Positions 38,047 through 52,084 of a stretch of 64,000 nt of DNA are shown here, one piece after another. Numbering within the stretch: the stretch's first letter is position 1; each line of letters starts with the position of its first letter. Position numbers and translations under genes: made by a program. The notes under the pieces are model-generated. The model was not told the origin of the DNA. It ran no database searches and saw nothing but the letters and a program-made list of their open reading frames with translations. Source of the DNA: Octopus vulgaris. Lineage: Eukaryota. The stretch covers positions 37,820,001 through 37,884,000 of the forward strand of contig OX597835.1 in NCBI GenBank assembly GCA_951406725.2, in the 5' to 3' direction.

Positions 38047-38533
38047 TATTATTCGAAAGAATTCCAACTCTGTTTTTATGTTTTATTTATATTCTTTATA
38101 ATATTAATGTAGAATATAGAATATATAGTATAAATAGTATATAAAGTAAAATGAAATGAAGTATTGATTGTTTTATTGAATAGATGAAACACTGAATATC
38201 AAATATTAAAGGGACTAGTATACTTTCTTGCATTAAAGCAGTCTTCAAGATCTCAGGTTGCGACAGGTGTGTTTCAACTGTGATCGGTGGTGTTGAAATA
38301 TTCCTGTCACAACCTGGGACCTTGATGACTGCTTTAAATGCAAGAAAGTTTACTAGTCCCTTTAATATTTGATATTCAGTGTTTCATCTATTCAATAAGA
38401 CAATCAATACTTCATTTCATTTTACTATATATATATATTATTTATACTATATATTATATATTCTACATTAATATTATAAAGAATATAAATAATACATAAA
38501 AAACAGACAGAGTTGGAATTCCTTTGAATAATA
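38047..38533. mobile_element. Fold-back element with ~235-bp arms carrying an HHR-like motif
   Basis: Arms at 38047-38278 and 38292-38533. Motif gggac-CTTGATGA-ctgctttaaatgcaa-GAAA-gtttac-TA-gtccc at 38316-38360. Confidence 0.75.
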
Positions 38534-38596
38534 TTTCTTTTTGTGTGTCTGAGGATAGGGAAAGTGTTTATGTCCAGTTTATAAATTACAATAAAG

Positions 38597-39400
38597 GTGA
38601 AAGACTGCAGTGAGCATAAAATTGTCGGCTTGAAACTCAGTCTCAAATATGCAGTCGGAGAAGACGACAAATACAGAGGTGATTGGAGACGTCCAGCTTC
38701 GGAAGATCAGCCACATGCATTACTCTTTTACTCTTTTACTTGTTTCAGTCATTTGACTGCGGCCATGCTGGAGCACCGCCTTTAGTCGAGCAAATCGACC
38801 CCGGGACTTATTCTTTGTAAGCCCAGTACTTATTCTATCAGTCTCTTTTGCCAAACCGCTAAGTTACGGGGACGTAAACACACCAGCATCGGTTGTCAAG
38901 CAATGCTAGGGGGACAAACACAGACACACAAACATACACACACACATACATATATATATATACATATATACGACAGGCTTCTTTCAGTTTCCGTCTACCA
39001 AATCCACTCACAAGGCATTGGTCGGCCCGGGGCTATAGCAGAAGACACTTGCCCAAGATGCCACACAGTGGGACTGAACCCGGAACCATGTGGTTGGTTA
39101 GCAAGCTACTTACCACACAGCCACTCCTGCGCCTGGCATTGGCCAGATCTCGCAAATATAGAGGAGAATTGTTAAGACAAGCACCTGGTAAATATGGCAT
39201 TTCATCATGAGGCAGATTTCCCAATGTGACCACAAGTATTTATGGGGGTGGCAGAAGCCCAAGAGTGAGCAATTGATCCGAATAGAGATCTTGGCCTTCC
39301 GCTGGCCAGTGGCAGTTAAGGTGGATCTGAGATATTTGAACTGTTTAACCTCCTCTGCAGCATCTCCATCCAGAGGAATAGTGACCTTGGAGGAGTGGGG
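38597..39400 (-). mobile_element. Old RTE LINE RT-region fragment split by a SINE
   Basis: EEVKQFKYL.S...IYQVLVLTILLY.CEIWPM continues after the SINE as HVADLPKLDV.NH.C..RLLRL. Confidence 0.75.
38722..39135 (-). mobile_element. SINE family A, full length, young
   Basis: CpG-rich near-consensus copy with a 5-bp flanking duplication gcatt at 38717-38721 and 39136-39140. Confidence 0.9.
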
Positions 39401-40329
39401 TATGCTGGCTGAGAGGAACTTAGTTTGTGCAGTGTCTCTCAATTCTTTAGGGAACTCTTCCGATGAGGAGACTATGGTAGTTTGGTCACACATTGCAGTA
39501 ACCCCATGAGGAAGTCGTCCAGAAGGCAATAGCACCAGATTCCCCCCACCCCCCGGGCTGGCATAAGGGAAGAGGTGGTCAGCTGAAGACATGGCTGGAG
39601 CTTGTTTCTGGCTCTCGAGTCTTTGACGTTTATCAGTGGAACCAGGAATGGCTTCAACACGCAGCAAAATTGGCTGCCAACAGATGTGCATAGATCACCT
39701 TGACTCTTGATGTGGTGAACTCAGTAGGAGTTGGTTTAACCCTTCCTGGGTGAATGCCATTTTGAGACAAAACAAAAAGAATAAATTGTAATCTCTCTCT
39801 CTCTCTCTGTTTATGTGTGTGCATATCAAGATATGTTTTTTTTATGTATGTGTAATACCTCTCCCCCTTTGCTTCCTTTCTCTCTTAATTCCTTAATCTC
39901 CTATTCCCTCTGTCTCTCTCTCCCCTCTCTCTTAATTCCTGTCTGTCTCTTTCTGTCTTCTTACTTGTCTGTCTCTGTCACTCTCTTTCTCTCAGTCTCT
40001 TTCTTTCTCTTTCTCTTTTTCTCTCTCTTTCTCTCTCTCTCTCTCGTTATCTCTCTCTCTCTTTTTCTCTCTCTTTCTCTCACTCTCTCTCTTTCTCTCA
40101 CTCTTTCTCTCGTTGTCTATCTCTCTCTTTTTTCTCTTTCTCTCTCTTTCTCTCTCTTTCTCTCACTCTCTCTCTCGTTGTCTATCTCTCTCTTTTTTCT
40201 CTTTCTCTCACTCTCTCTCATCTATCTCTCTCTTTTTCTCTCTCTTTCTCTCACTCTCTCTCGCTGTCTCTCTCTCTCTCTCGTTATCTCTCTCTTTCTC
40301 TCCTCTCTCTACCGTTATGTATCACTTTC

Positions 40330-40690
40330 TCTCTGTTTATGTGTGAGAGCACATTTCTATTTATATGTCTGAGGAGAGGGAAACTATTTATGTCGATCAT
40401 GTACAATTAATAAATTGCAATATCTCTCTCCCCCTCCCCTCTCTCTGTTTCTGTGTGTGGGCATATTTCTAATTATCTATCTGAGGAGAGGGAAAGTGTT
40501 TTCATCAATTGTGTTCAGTAAATAAATTGTAATCCTTCTCTTTTCTTTCCATTCTCCCTCTCTTTCGTCCTCTGTCTGTCTGTCTCCCTGTTTATGTGTG
40601 TGAGTATATTTCTATTTATGCGTCTGAGGAGAGGGAAACTGTTCATGTCGACCATGTCCAATTAATAAACTGTAATCTCGTCTTTCTTTC
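40330..40690. repeat. Degenerate 110-145-bp tandem repeat, 3 copies
   Basis: Core tctgaggagagggaaa...aataaattgtaatctc. Related pieces at 38530-38592 and 39781-39830. Confidence 0.7.
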
Positions 40691-41062
40691 TTTTTCTCTC
40701 TCTCTTCCTTTCTTTCTCTTCCTCTCTTTCTCTTTCCCTCTTTCTTTATCTCTCTTTCTCTTTCCCTCTTTCTTTATCTCTCTCTCTTTCTTTCTTTCTT
40801 CCATTCTTTCTTTCTTTTCGTCTTTTTCTCTTTCTCTATTATTTTTGCATGACTCATTTGTACACATGCTTGACTCCTGTACCAAAAAGTCCTGGCGCCA
40901 AAGCAGGCTGAATATACCATCAGCCAAATCTCCAATGTCAACAGAGCTTCTCCCAGTTGACCCATTCTTCTCTCTCTCTCACTTTCTCTCCTTCTCTCCT
41001 CCTTTCTCTCTCCCTGTTGCATATATGCGTATGTATATATGGCCTTCTACAATGTTACATAT

Positions 41063-41465
41063 AGGCAAAGACATGGTTGTGTGGTAAGAAGCTTGCTTCT
41101 CAACCACATGGTTCCAGGTTCAGTCCAAGTGTCTTCTACTATAGCTTTAGGCTAACCAAAGCCATGTGAATTGATTGGGTAGATGGAAACTGAAAAAAGC
41201 CCGGCATATATATGTGTGTTGTATGTGTATGTGTGTGTCTGTGTGTGTGTGTGGGGGGGTTGTAACCCTGTCATTGCTTGACAGCCAATGCTGGTGTGTT
41301 TATGTCCCAGTAACTTTGCAGTTCAGCAAAATGGACCAATAAAATAAGTACCAGGCTTACAAGAAATAGGTCCTAAGGTTGATTTCTTCGACTAAAAAGC
41401 ACTTTAAGGTGGTGCTCCAGTATGGCAACAGTCTAATGACTGAAACAAGTAAAAAAATAAAAGGA
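41063..41465 (+). mobile_element. SINE family A
   Basis: Collinear with 4532-4940. Confidence 0.85.
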
Positions 41466-41599
41466 TATAAATATATACACACACACACACACATGCATAT
41501 ATATATATATATATATATATATAACGGGAAGCTTTATGAAAATAAACAAAAGACGAAGGCAGGTGGAAAACAATATATATATATATATATAAATATATA

Positions 41600-42145
41600 T
41601 ATCGAAATCAAAATCAAAGTGAAATTCGATGATGGGCACAAAAAGCACCATATGAGGGTGATCGTTAACAGAGTGGCTAACCGGCTTCCGTACCAGCGGT
41701 ACATAAAAGGCACCATTCGAGTGTGATTGTTATCAGCTTCGCCTTACTGGCACTTGTGCCCCGTGCTAGTAGGGTGCTAAGAGCACCATCCGAGTGTCAT
41801 CGTTGCCAGAGAGGCTAACTGGCTTTCGTGCCGGTGGCATGTAGGAGGCACCATTCGAGTGGGATCATTGCCAGCATCGCCTTACTGGCACCCGTGCCGT
41901 TGGCATGTGTAAAAAAGATTCGAGCGAGGTCGTTGCCAGTACTACCTGAATGGCCCCTGTGCCGGTGGCACGTAAAAGCACCCACTACACTCTCGGAGTG
42001 GTTGGTGCTAGGAAGAGCATCCAGCTGTAGAAACTCTGCCAGATCAAGACTGGAGTCTGGTGCAGCCATCTAGTTTGCCAGTCTTCAGTCAAAACCGTCC
42101 AACCCATGCTAACATTGAAAGCGGACGTTAAACGATGATGATGAT
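41600..42145 (+). mobile_element. RTE LINE 3' UTR with ~60-bp sub-repeats and (GAT)n tail
   Basis: Starts at the atcgaaatcaaaatcaaa motif also seen at about 33055 and 49805. Confidence 0.85.
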
Positions 42146-42215
42146 ATATATATATATATATGTGGCTGCTCTTTCTAGTGAGTCGAATGTCCTATATGGC
42201 CATTCCTTATATTGT

Positions 42216-42253
<38 letters not shown>

Positions 42254-42479
42254 CATGCATTTGTGTATAAAAATGTTTACATACTTATACATACACATGT
42301 ACATATGTATAAACTTGTACATAGATTGACATATTGATAATTTAGAATGTTCTCCAATATTTTCTTCAAGACATTCAATTAATTGATAAATTGGAAAATG
42401 ATGGCTTTTATTTATTTATTTATTATTTTTTGTTTATGTAGAAAATTTTTTACTTACAATCATTTTTTGAAGACCATCA

Positions 42480-43270
42480 TTATGATCAAGACCAGCATCA
42501 TTATCATCATCATCACAACCACCTCCACTACCACTACACCATCATCATCACTACCTCCACCACTACCATCAAACCATCATCATCATCATCATCACCTCCA
42601 CCACCACCACACCATCATCATCATCACCACTTTCACCACCACCACCACCACACCATCATCATCATCACCACCTCCACCACCACCATACCATCATCATCAT
42701 CACCACCTTCACCACCATCACACCATCATCATCACAACCACCACCTCCGAACCATCATCATCATTATCACTCCTGCTGCTGCCACTGCCGCCACTTCCAC
42801 CACCACCATTATCATCAGCCTCATCATCATCATCATCATACCACCCATCATGATTGCCACTGACACTGCCACCACACCATCATCACCTGGTACTGCTGCT
42901 TCTATCACCAGCAGTCACTGGAATCCTCATCATCATCTATATAGGAGAGCCATCAACTACATCACCTTTTACCAGTGGTATCATTCGCAGCATCACCATC
43001 ACCACCACCACCATTATTATAGCTATTTTACTCACCATCGTCATTATAATCATCATCAACGTCATTATTATTATCCTCATCATCACCATCATCATTGTCA
43101 CCTTCATCATCGTCATCAATACATCCATCACCACTGTTGTTGTCATCATCATCATCATCATCATCTGTACAATAACCCTGATCATCATCACCACCACCAC
43201 CACCATCATCATCATCATCGTCATCATCATCATCGTCATCATCCTCATCCTTCCCATCATCCTTATCATT
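42480..43270. repeat. Degenerate (CAT/CAC)n tract
   Basis: Directly visible in the sequence. Confidence 0.9.
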
Positions 43271-43544
43271 TATCAATGTCCATGGAGACAACAGAAAACA
43301 TGCCTGGTGGTATCTACTTGTTCTCCCCCTCCATTAAGATTTCAATTCTCACTGCAGGCAACCGTCTCTTTCACCTCCTCTCTCTCTCTCACTGATATAT
43401 ATATATATGTAAGTCTGTGTGTGTATGTGTACACGTGTGATACATATGTGTGTGTGTGTGTGTGTGTGTGTATGATAAAGATGATGGGAATGGTGATGAT
43501 GATGGTTGGGGTAGTGGAGCAGATGATGATGATAACAACGATGG

Positions 43545-44250
43545 TGTATGTATGTATGTATGTATGTATAAGTATGTATGTATGTATGTATGTGTGTGTG
43601 TATGTATGTATGTATGTATGTATGTATAAGTATGTATGTATGTATGTATTATGTATGTATGTATTATGTATTTATGTATGTATGTATGTATGTATAAGTA
43701 TGTATGTATGTATGTATGTATTATGTATGTATGTATGTATGTATGTATGTATAAGTATGTATGTATGTATGTATGTATAAGTATGTATGTATGTATGTAT
43801 GTATTATGTATGTATGTATGTATGTATTTATGTATGTATGTATGTATGTATAAGTATGTATGTATGTATGTATGTATTATGTATGTATGTATGTATGTAT
43901 GTATGTATGTATGTATTATGTATGTATGTATGTATGTATGTATGTATGTATGTATTTATGTATGTATGTATGTATGTATAAGTATGTATGTATGTATGTA
44001 TGTATTATGTATGTATGTATGTATGTATGTATGTATGTATGTATGTATGTATGTATGTATAAGTATGTATGTATGTATGTATGTATGTATGTATGTATAA
44101 GTATGTATGTATGTATGTATGTATGTATGTATGTATGTATGTATGTATGTATAAGTATGTATGTATGTATTATGTATGTATGTATGTATGTATGTATGTA
44201 TGTATTATGTATGTATGTATGTATGTATGTATGTATGTATGTATGTATGC
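43545..44250. repeat. (TATG)n microsatellite, ~700 bp, with recurring tataag / tatta variants
   Basis: Directly visible in the sequence. Confidence 0.95.
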
Positions 44251-44273
44251 ATATATGTAGGTGGTGTATGCAT

Positions 44274-44306
<33 letters not shown>

Positions 44307-44997
44307 CAATAAGTACCATTCTCTAGGATGTATATATTTTTCTTCTGTGAATATAAGCCTTCAATATGAACAGGCATTTCAAGTGACTGCATTCTCCTCA
44401 GGGGTTCTCTATATTAATTATTTTATAATTATTACGTAAGTATGTTGAAGAAGGTGGAATTACTTGCAATGCTTCTTCAAGTGTAAGACTTACATTGAAA
44501 TAAAAACCGAAATCTTGAGCTTAATGTGAATTAAATAACTGAGTAACTTACTGAAGAATGGCTTGTCTTAATCCTTTCGTTTATCCTTGCCTCTCTGAAG
44601 AAACTTGTTATCGGTTATCACACCTACGTAATGTAGCCTTCTCCTAAGAAACAGCCTTCTCCTACGAAACAGCCTTTTCCTACGAAACAGCCTTCTCCGC
44701 AACACACTCACACGCAGAAGTACTGCTGTGTTTGAAACCAAATTTCATGAACAAAAGTTAGAACAGTCAAAAGTAAAATCAGACACGATGAGAGCTTTTA
44801 ACATTGCGGAAAGGGGAAGTTAAGTAACCTTTATATATTTCATCCCATCCACATGGTTCCAAGATCAATCCCACTGCATGCCACTTTGGACAAGTATCTT
44901 CTGTTATAGCCTCGGTCCAACCAAAGCCTTATGAGTGGATTTGGTAGATGGAAACTGAAAGAAACCCATCATATATATATACACATATACATATAAA

Positions 44998-45244
44998 AAT
45001 AATAATAATAATGAAATTATTGTATACAGTGCTCAGGTGCACCACAACTTGTCAAAAGTGTGTATAAAGCATATGCAGTAATGTACAAATGTCTGGGAAG
45101 TGAACAGTGTATGAGTCAGATACATGCTTGTGTGTGTATGGAGGAGAGAAAATCAGGTGTAGTGTTGGCGAATCTCAGGAAGCATGGAAGTTTTAAAGGA
45201 TGCAGTGCTCCGACAACTAACAACTGATGCCGGCAGTTTGTTCC
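44998..45244 (-). mobile_element. CR1/L2-type LINE 3' end
   Basis: NKLPASVVSCRSTASFKTSM matches the WNxLPxxVV...FK terminal motif. Followed by a UTR and an (ATT)n tail. Confidence 0.7.
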
Positions 45245-45574
45245 TTTGTTCAATACATATATGATCAACTCACCCGTCATTAGATGACGTATGAAGGTTC
45301 GGCAGTTTCTTGAAGAACAACCACGCAGATGATTTGTTTATAGTGATCAAATGTTTGTGTAGACATAAGCTCACTGCCTCCATCAGATCGACATTACCTG
45401 CACAGGTACGACAGGTGCTACATGTCAGATGTCAAAATGACTGCAGAGCAACGTGAAATGAAGTGCATTGCTCAAGAACACAATGCAACACTCGGTCTGG
45501 GAATCAAACCCACGATCTCACAATTGTGAGTGCAACACATAAACCACTCAGCCATGTGCCTTCATATATATATA

Positions 45575-46080
45575 TATCATCATCATTTAAAACGTCCGCT
45601 TTCCATGCTAGCATGGGTTAGATGATTTCACTGTGGTCTGGTGAACCAGATGGTTGCACCAGGCTTCAATCTTGATCTGGCAGAGTTTCTACAGCTGGGT
45701 GCCCTTCCTAATGCCAACCACTCTGAGAGTGTAGTGGGTGCTTTTACGTGCCACCAGCACGGGGCCAGTCAGGCAGTACTGGTAACGACCTCGCTCAAAT
45801 CTTTTGCACATGCCACGGGCACAGGTGCCAGTAAGGTGATGTTGGTAACGATCACGCTTGAATGATGTCTTTTACGTGCCACCGGCATGGAGGCCAGGCA
45901 GCCGATCTGGCAACGATCATGCTCGGATGGTGCTCTTAATACCCTACTAGCATGGGGCTCGAGTACCACTGGCACGAAAGCCGGTTACCCACTCTGTCAA
46001 TGATCACACTCATATGGTGCTTTTTGCACCCCACTAGTACAGACACCAGTCATCGAATTTGATTTTGATTTTGATTTTTG
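45575..46080 (-). mobile_element. RTE LINE 3' UTR
   Basis: Reverse complement of the 41600-42145 type. (TA)n on both sides. Confidence 0.85.
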
Positions 46081-46439
46081 ATATATATATGATGGACTCT
46101 CCTGTTGAAGACATTGTTATGAGCCTTATTCAGCTTGTGTGCCGAATGGCCTGCACAAATGAGTTGTTTATTGTGATCAAATGTATGTGCTGTACTCACT
46201 CTGTCCATCAAATCAAAGTCATCTGAACAGGTGCATGATATACTATATGTCAGGTGTCAAAGTGATTGCAGAACAATATGAGATAAAGTGTTTTACTCAT
46301 AAACACAACGCACCACCTAACTACAACACTCCATAAAATAGTTGATCATGAGATTATGTGAGAAAGCAGTCTATACTTTATAAGCATATGGTGAGTTAGT
46401 TAGTTAATTTGGCTCAAAAGCAAATAGCAAGGCCATGTT

Positions 46440-47155
46440 ATAATCACCTGGCCAACAGTGGCTACAAATAAAAGCTATCTTACACTCCTACTGTAAAATT
46501 TATGATGCCTAAAAATAGACCTAGGAATATTACCTGGTTAATCCTTCACCTTTCTCTGTGAATGTTAAAATAGATGTAGATATAAAATTCTTCACCTTGA
46601 AAGCTAAGCATTTCTCAGAGACATAGAAAAAAAATGTTTAATAGACATTCTATGAAAGCTTCTTACAGCTGTTGTTCCTACATGAAAATTGTTATTGCAC
46701 ATAAATCCCACCAGATGCCCTGTCCAAACTGTAACTTCAGGAACCCACATACCTTCCCACTCAACAAGTATGCATGACTAACTCAGTTGTATATGAACCT
46801 GAACTCATCTTGGTTCTGCCAAATAATGAAACTGAAAAGAAAAAACATGTTGAAGTATGTGAAAGTGACTTTAAAAAAAAATAGGCCATCAACAGTCATC
46901 TTTCTTATGCATAGACATGATGAAAACCATTAAGCTAGGTAACCACATCTGGAGCCTGAAGGCCAAAAATACCCACATATCATCAAGTGGAACATCATAA
47001 CATGATCCATGCTATACATTAATGGGTCAAAGAGGTGCAGGTTTTGTGTAGCCTAAAGAATTCATATCCTTTCTAATCTAAGAAGCCCACCGACCTATTG
47101 AACATGAGATTGAAAATTTATACAAGATGCATGCATCTTGATAAGTTTGCTATCA
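46440..47155 (+). pseudogene. Decayed Penelope-like element, linker plus GIY-YIG endonuclease region
   Basis: Frameshifted motifs RNITW.NP..FS.NVK, KHF, FNR...K.SYSC, HIWSLK, IKWNI, GSKRC.FC and LLN.R..I...CMH in the expected order. Confidence 0.7.
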
Positions 47156-47536
47156 AACTGGAAAACACCTCCCTCTTTGGAATAAGCATACAGTCTTTGA
47201 AGCTTTAGCCTATCCCTCTTGGATTAATTCCATGAACCATTTTTAATTCCCATTATTATGGAAAAAAGGGTTGCAGATTTTATCACCATTCATTAGAAGC
47301 TTTCCTTTTCTCATTTCTTATTTTTTCCTCATGTTCTTCCTCATTTTCTTCTTCTTTCTCCCTTTTTCTATGAGAACAACAATGTTTACATTGAGCCTAA
47401 ACAATTGCAAGGCAGTACACAACATGCTGTACGCACTTGTCTGATTACTGTAATATCCAAACATGAAAATTACAGTAGCTCATGTTTAAATCTTGTGTAT
47501 ATCAAATGACAGACCACCATTGCTATAGCCATCACC

Positions 47537-47768
47537 TATTTCTTTACTACCCACAAGGGGCTAAACACAGAGGGGACAAACAAGGACAGACAAATGGATT
47601 AAGTCGATTATATTGACCCCAGTGTGTAACTGGTACTTAATTTATCGACCCCGAAAGTATGAAAGGCAAAGTCGGTCTTGGCAGAATTTGAACTCAGAAC
47701 GTAACGGCAGACGAAATACGGCTACGCATTTCGCCCGTCGTGCTAACGTTTCTGCCAGCTCGCTACCT
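47537..47768 (-). mobile_element. SINE family C, full length
   Basis: 13-bp TSD tatagccatcacc at 47524-47536 and 47769-47781. Confidence 0.9.
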
Positions 47769-48055
47769 TATAGCCATCACCACCACCACCAAACCATCAT
47801 CATCATCACCATCATCCTCATCATCATCATCCTCACCGACACTAATACCACTGCCACGACCATCCCCACCTTCATGTAGTAAATATGTAGGCAACCCAAA
47901 CAAACACCACTCTACTCATTTCTCTGAGATAAACAACAATAGCTACAAAAATAATACAACTACAACAAGAAAAATAGCCTCAACAACAATAGTAAAAAAA
48001 AATAACAAGATTTAAGTCTTATAAGAATTATGAAAATAAAAGCGTGTCTGTATAC

Positions 48056-48101
<46 letters not shown>

Positions 48102-48382
48102 ATCTGTGTGTGCTTATAGATGTGCATGTACGTACAATTTATATTTGTATATTTCCATATGCATATATATTTATATACATACAGACAAATAGATGTACCC
48201 ACACTACACATGAATATACATAAATACATATGCATGTGTGTGTATATATATGTGTGTGTATGTATATATGTGTCTGTGTGCATGAGCATGTGTATCTATA
48301 TATATACATACACAAATACACACCAAGTATACACACACACACACAGAGATTTATGATTTATATATATATTCATGCGCACAAT

Positions 48383-48418
<36 letters not shown>

Positions 48419-48574
48419 TATACACACATACACAAAGATATATATATAAACACATACACATACATATATATATATATATATATACATATATGTGTATATA
48501 TATTTATGTATACAAATATACAAATATGTGTGTGTGTGTGTATACATACATACATACATGCATGCATGCATGCA

Positions 48575-48613
<39 letters not shown>

Positions 48614-48984
48614 TGAGAGACACAGAATGAGAAAAAAATTACAGAGAGAGAGAGAGAGAGATCCCAGTCAATGCTTAATCCTGTTGTAAACATATTTAAT
48701 GTCTCTTCATTGTAAACATGTAATTTCTCATTGATAGCCACAAAAGAGAGATGGAATAAGATTAAAAGAGTACAGATTTAATGGAGGCAGAGTAAGGTTG
48801 TGTGTGTGTGAAAGAGAGAGAAGGGGGATGGGAGCGAGAAAAAGAGAGAGAGAGAGAGATTTGATTGATATGGTTGGCTGGCTGGTTGGTCGGTTGGTTG
48901 GTAGATTGGTGAGCAAATTAATGGATATACAGGTAGTTAGGTACATGGTTAGTATTTGGATAAAAATATATACATAAATGCGCT

Positions 48985-49281
48985 AATGCCACGTTAAAAG
49001 CACTCAGTCCACTCCTCTGTGAGGTGGTTGATGTTATGAAGGGCATCCAGCCATAAGAAACCATGCCAAAACAGACAGGGTAGCCTGCGATAGTCTTCTA
49101 TCAACCTGGCTGGCACCTGCCAACCATCCTATTCACTCCATGCATGGAAGACAAATGTTAAACGATGATGATGATGATATATCATCATCATCATCATCAT
49201 CGTTTAACGTCTGCTTTCCTTGCTGGCATGGGTCGGATGGTTTAACCGAGGACTGGCAAGCCAGATGGCTGCACCAGTCTG
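48985..49281. mobile_element. Two RTE-type 3' ends joined tail to tail
   Basis: gttaaacgatgatgatgatgat-at-atcatcatcatcatcatcatcgtttaac. Confidence 0.8.
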
Positions 49282-49288
49282 ATATATG

Positions 49289-49389
<101 letters not shown>

Positions 49390-49446
49390 GTATGTGTATA
49401 TATACACATACATACATATTTATATATATATATATACATATATATA

Positions 49447-50319
49447 CAGTGAAACATGGGCTATGACTGCTGAGGACATATGTAAGCTTGCAAAGAATGA
49501 AGCCTGTATGCTCTGCTGGTTGTGTAATGTCAGTGTGCATACACAACAGAGTGTAAGCGCCTTGAGAGAAAAGTTGGACCTCAGAAGCACCAGATGTGGT
49601 GGTAAAGCATGACCTTTGAACATTGGGCCTCACTGAGGCAATGACTAGTGACCAAGACCTTTGGAAATATGCTGTGCTTGAGAAGACCTGGCAAGCCAAG
49701 TGAGGCCATAACCCATGGCCTATGCCAGGGGTGTAACCAGCCTACTTATGTGTACCTTTCGTTGGAGACTAAACTTTGCTTGCGAAGACCTGTTGAGGCA
49801 AGTGAAATCACAATCAAAATCAAAATCAAATTCACTGACATAGCCAATGACAGGACCGCTTGACTGGCACCCATGCCAGTGGAACATGAAAGGCATCATT
49901 TGAGCATGATTTTTACCAGCTTCACCTTACTGGCACTTGTGCTGGTGGCATGTGAAAAACAACATTCGAGAGAGGTTGTTGCCAGTGCTGCTGGATTGGC
50001 ACTTGTGCAGGTGGTACATAAAAAACACCATTTGAGCCAGTGCCGCTGGACTGCATCATGTGCAGGTGGCACATAATAAACACCATTTGAGCATGGTTGT
50101 CGCCAGGACCACCTGAATCGCTCTCATGCCGGTGGCACATAAAAGCACCTACTACACTCTCGGAGTGGTTGGCATTAGGAAGGACATCCAGCTGTAGAAA
50201 CTCTGCCAGATCAGATTGGAGCCTGGTGCAGCCAGCTGGCTCGCCAGTCCTCAGTTGAACTGTCCAACCCATGCCAGCATGGAAAGAAGACATTAAACAA
50301 TGATAATGATGATGATGAT
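49447..50319 (+). mobile_element. RTE LINE, truncated and internally deleted
   Basis: SETWAMTAEDICKLAKNEA.ML.W.CNVSV, homologous to 32520-33438 with about 150 bp missing. Confidence 0.85.
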
Positions 50320-50496
50320 ATGTCTATATGTATGTATGCATGTATGTATGTATGTTGAACCAAATCACACTGGAACCTGGTAGCCAGCTCAGGTCAAACC
50401 ATCCAGTCCGTGCCAGCAGGGAACTGGATGTTAAAAGATGATGGTGATAAAACACATACACACACACATATATGTATATATATGTATGCATATATG

Positions 50497-50570
<74 letters not shown>

Positions 50571-50684
50571 GTATCCTAACAACACATGATAACATTGTTG
50601 GTTATTTTACTGTGAACACTATTTTATCCTAGCTAGCGATTTCTGGTTTCTTACGTGGTGATGTGTCAAGGTTCTACTGAATAC

Positions 50685-50718
<34 letters not shown>

Positions 50719-50922
50719 GGGACATAGTTAAGTATTTCAAATGATAGGCAAATAGATAGATAAACATAAAGATAATTAGAAAGATAGATTAGTAGATAGA
50801 TAGGTAGATAGATAGATAGATAAATCAATAGATAGGTAGATAGATCAATAGGCAGATAGATGGATAGATAGATAGATAGATAAATCAATAGATAGGTAGA
50901 TAGATCAATAGGCAGATAGATG

Positions 50923-50975
<53 letters not shown>

Positions 50976-51851
50976 CTAGCTAGGTATGTAGATAGTTAGT
51001 TAGAGAGAGAAAATTATGGAAAAACGTTAATTCCAGAATGGCTGATCCTATGCTGGAATTGTTGCCATCTTTGATGTGTCACGTGATTATTCGGAATAAA
51101 TAATTACCAAAAAAAAAGGAAAGAAATCAAAAACCTGTCTTGTTTACAGAAAATTTCAAAGACTTATGGTTATATTTGGAAGATATTTACTCTGGATAAA
51201 ATCAAAATTCCCTTTAAACGAGAAACAAACTCACTGGAGAAGAAGAAGAAGAAAAAGGAGAAGAAAGAAGGAAGATAAGGAACAACAATAACAACAACAA
51301 CAGCAACAACAACAACAGCGGTAGTAGCAGCAGCAATTCAACATGAAGCCAGATATATATAACAGCTTCAAATCCATTTTGTATTCCACATCCCATCCCG
51401 TTCCGTCCCGTGGTGATTTTGGCATTAATATTTTACCGAGATTTTTATCGCCAATGACTTATTATAGCATGAAACACTTTCATCTTTACCTTTCTGGAAA
51501 TGGTTTATCTTTGTTTATATGTATATATGTATATATATATATATATGAATATATATGCATGTATATATATGAATATATATGCATATATATATATATGTAT
51601 GTATATATATATTGTTATCTAAAATATTTCATTCACACATTCCAAATTATTTTTAGATATATTTATTGTGTTTTTATATATATCTTTTGTTGCTTGTCTC
51701 AAGCCTTGTGGTGCTGGAAGCGGTAGCAGTGGTGGTGGTAGCAGTAGCAGTAGTAATTGTAGAAGTAGTAGTAGTAGTAGCAGCAGCAGCAGCAAAAGTG
51801 GTGGTGCTGGGGTGGTGATGGTAGTAGTAGCAGGAGTAGTAGTAGTAATAT

Positions 51852-52084
51852 ATTTCTTTACTACCCACAAGGGGCTAAACACTGAGAGGACAAACAAGGA
51901 CAGACAAATGGATTAAGTCGGTTACATCGACCCCAGTGCATAACTGGTACTAAATTTATCGACCCCGAAAGGATGAAAGGCAAAGTCCACCTCATCGGAA
52001 TTTGAACCCAGAATGTAACGGCAGACGAAATACCGCTAAGCATTTTGTCCGGCGTGCTAACGTTTCAGCCAGCTCGCCACCTTA
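51852..52084 (-). mobile_element. SINE family C
   Basis: Reverse complement of 31301-31530, lying within (AGT)n. Confidence 0.85.

Noticed and set aside
40365-40660. CTGAGGA-gagg-GAAA in each unit of a tandem repeat, resembling a minimal HHR
   Set aside because: There is no stem II and no consistent stem I or III pairing, so it is likely chance in purine-rich sequence.
44365-44408. Minus-strand CTGAGGA...GAAA motif
   Set aside because: Stem II is weak and no stem I partner follows the putative cleavage site.
50821-50940. Exact 60-bp duplication
   Set aside because: Ordinary slippage within a (GATA)n tract.
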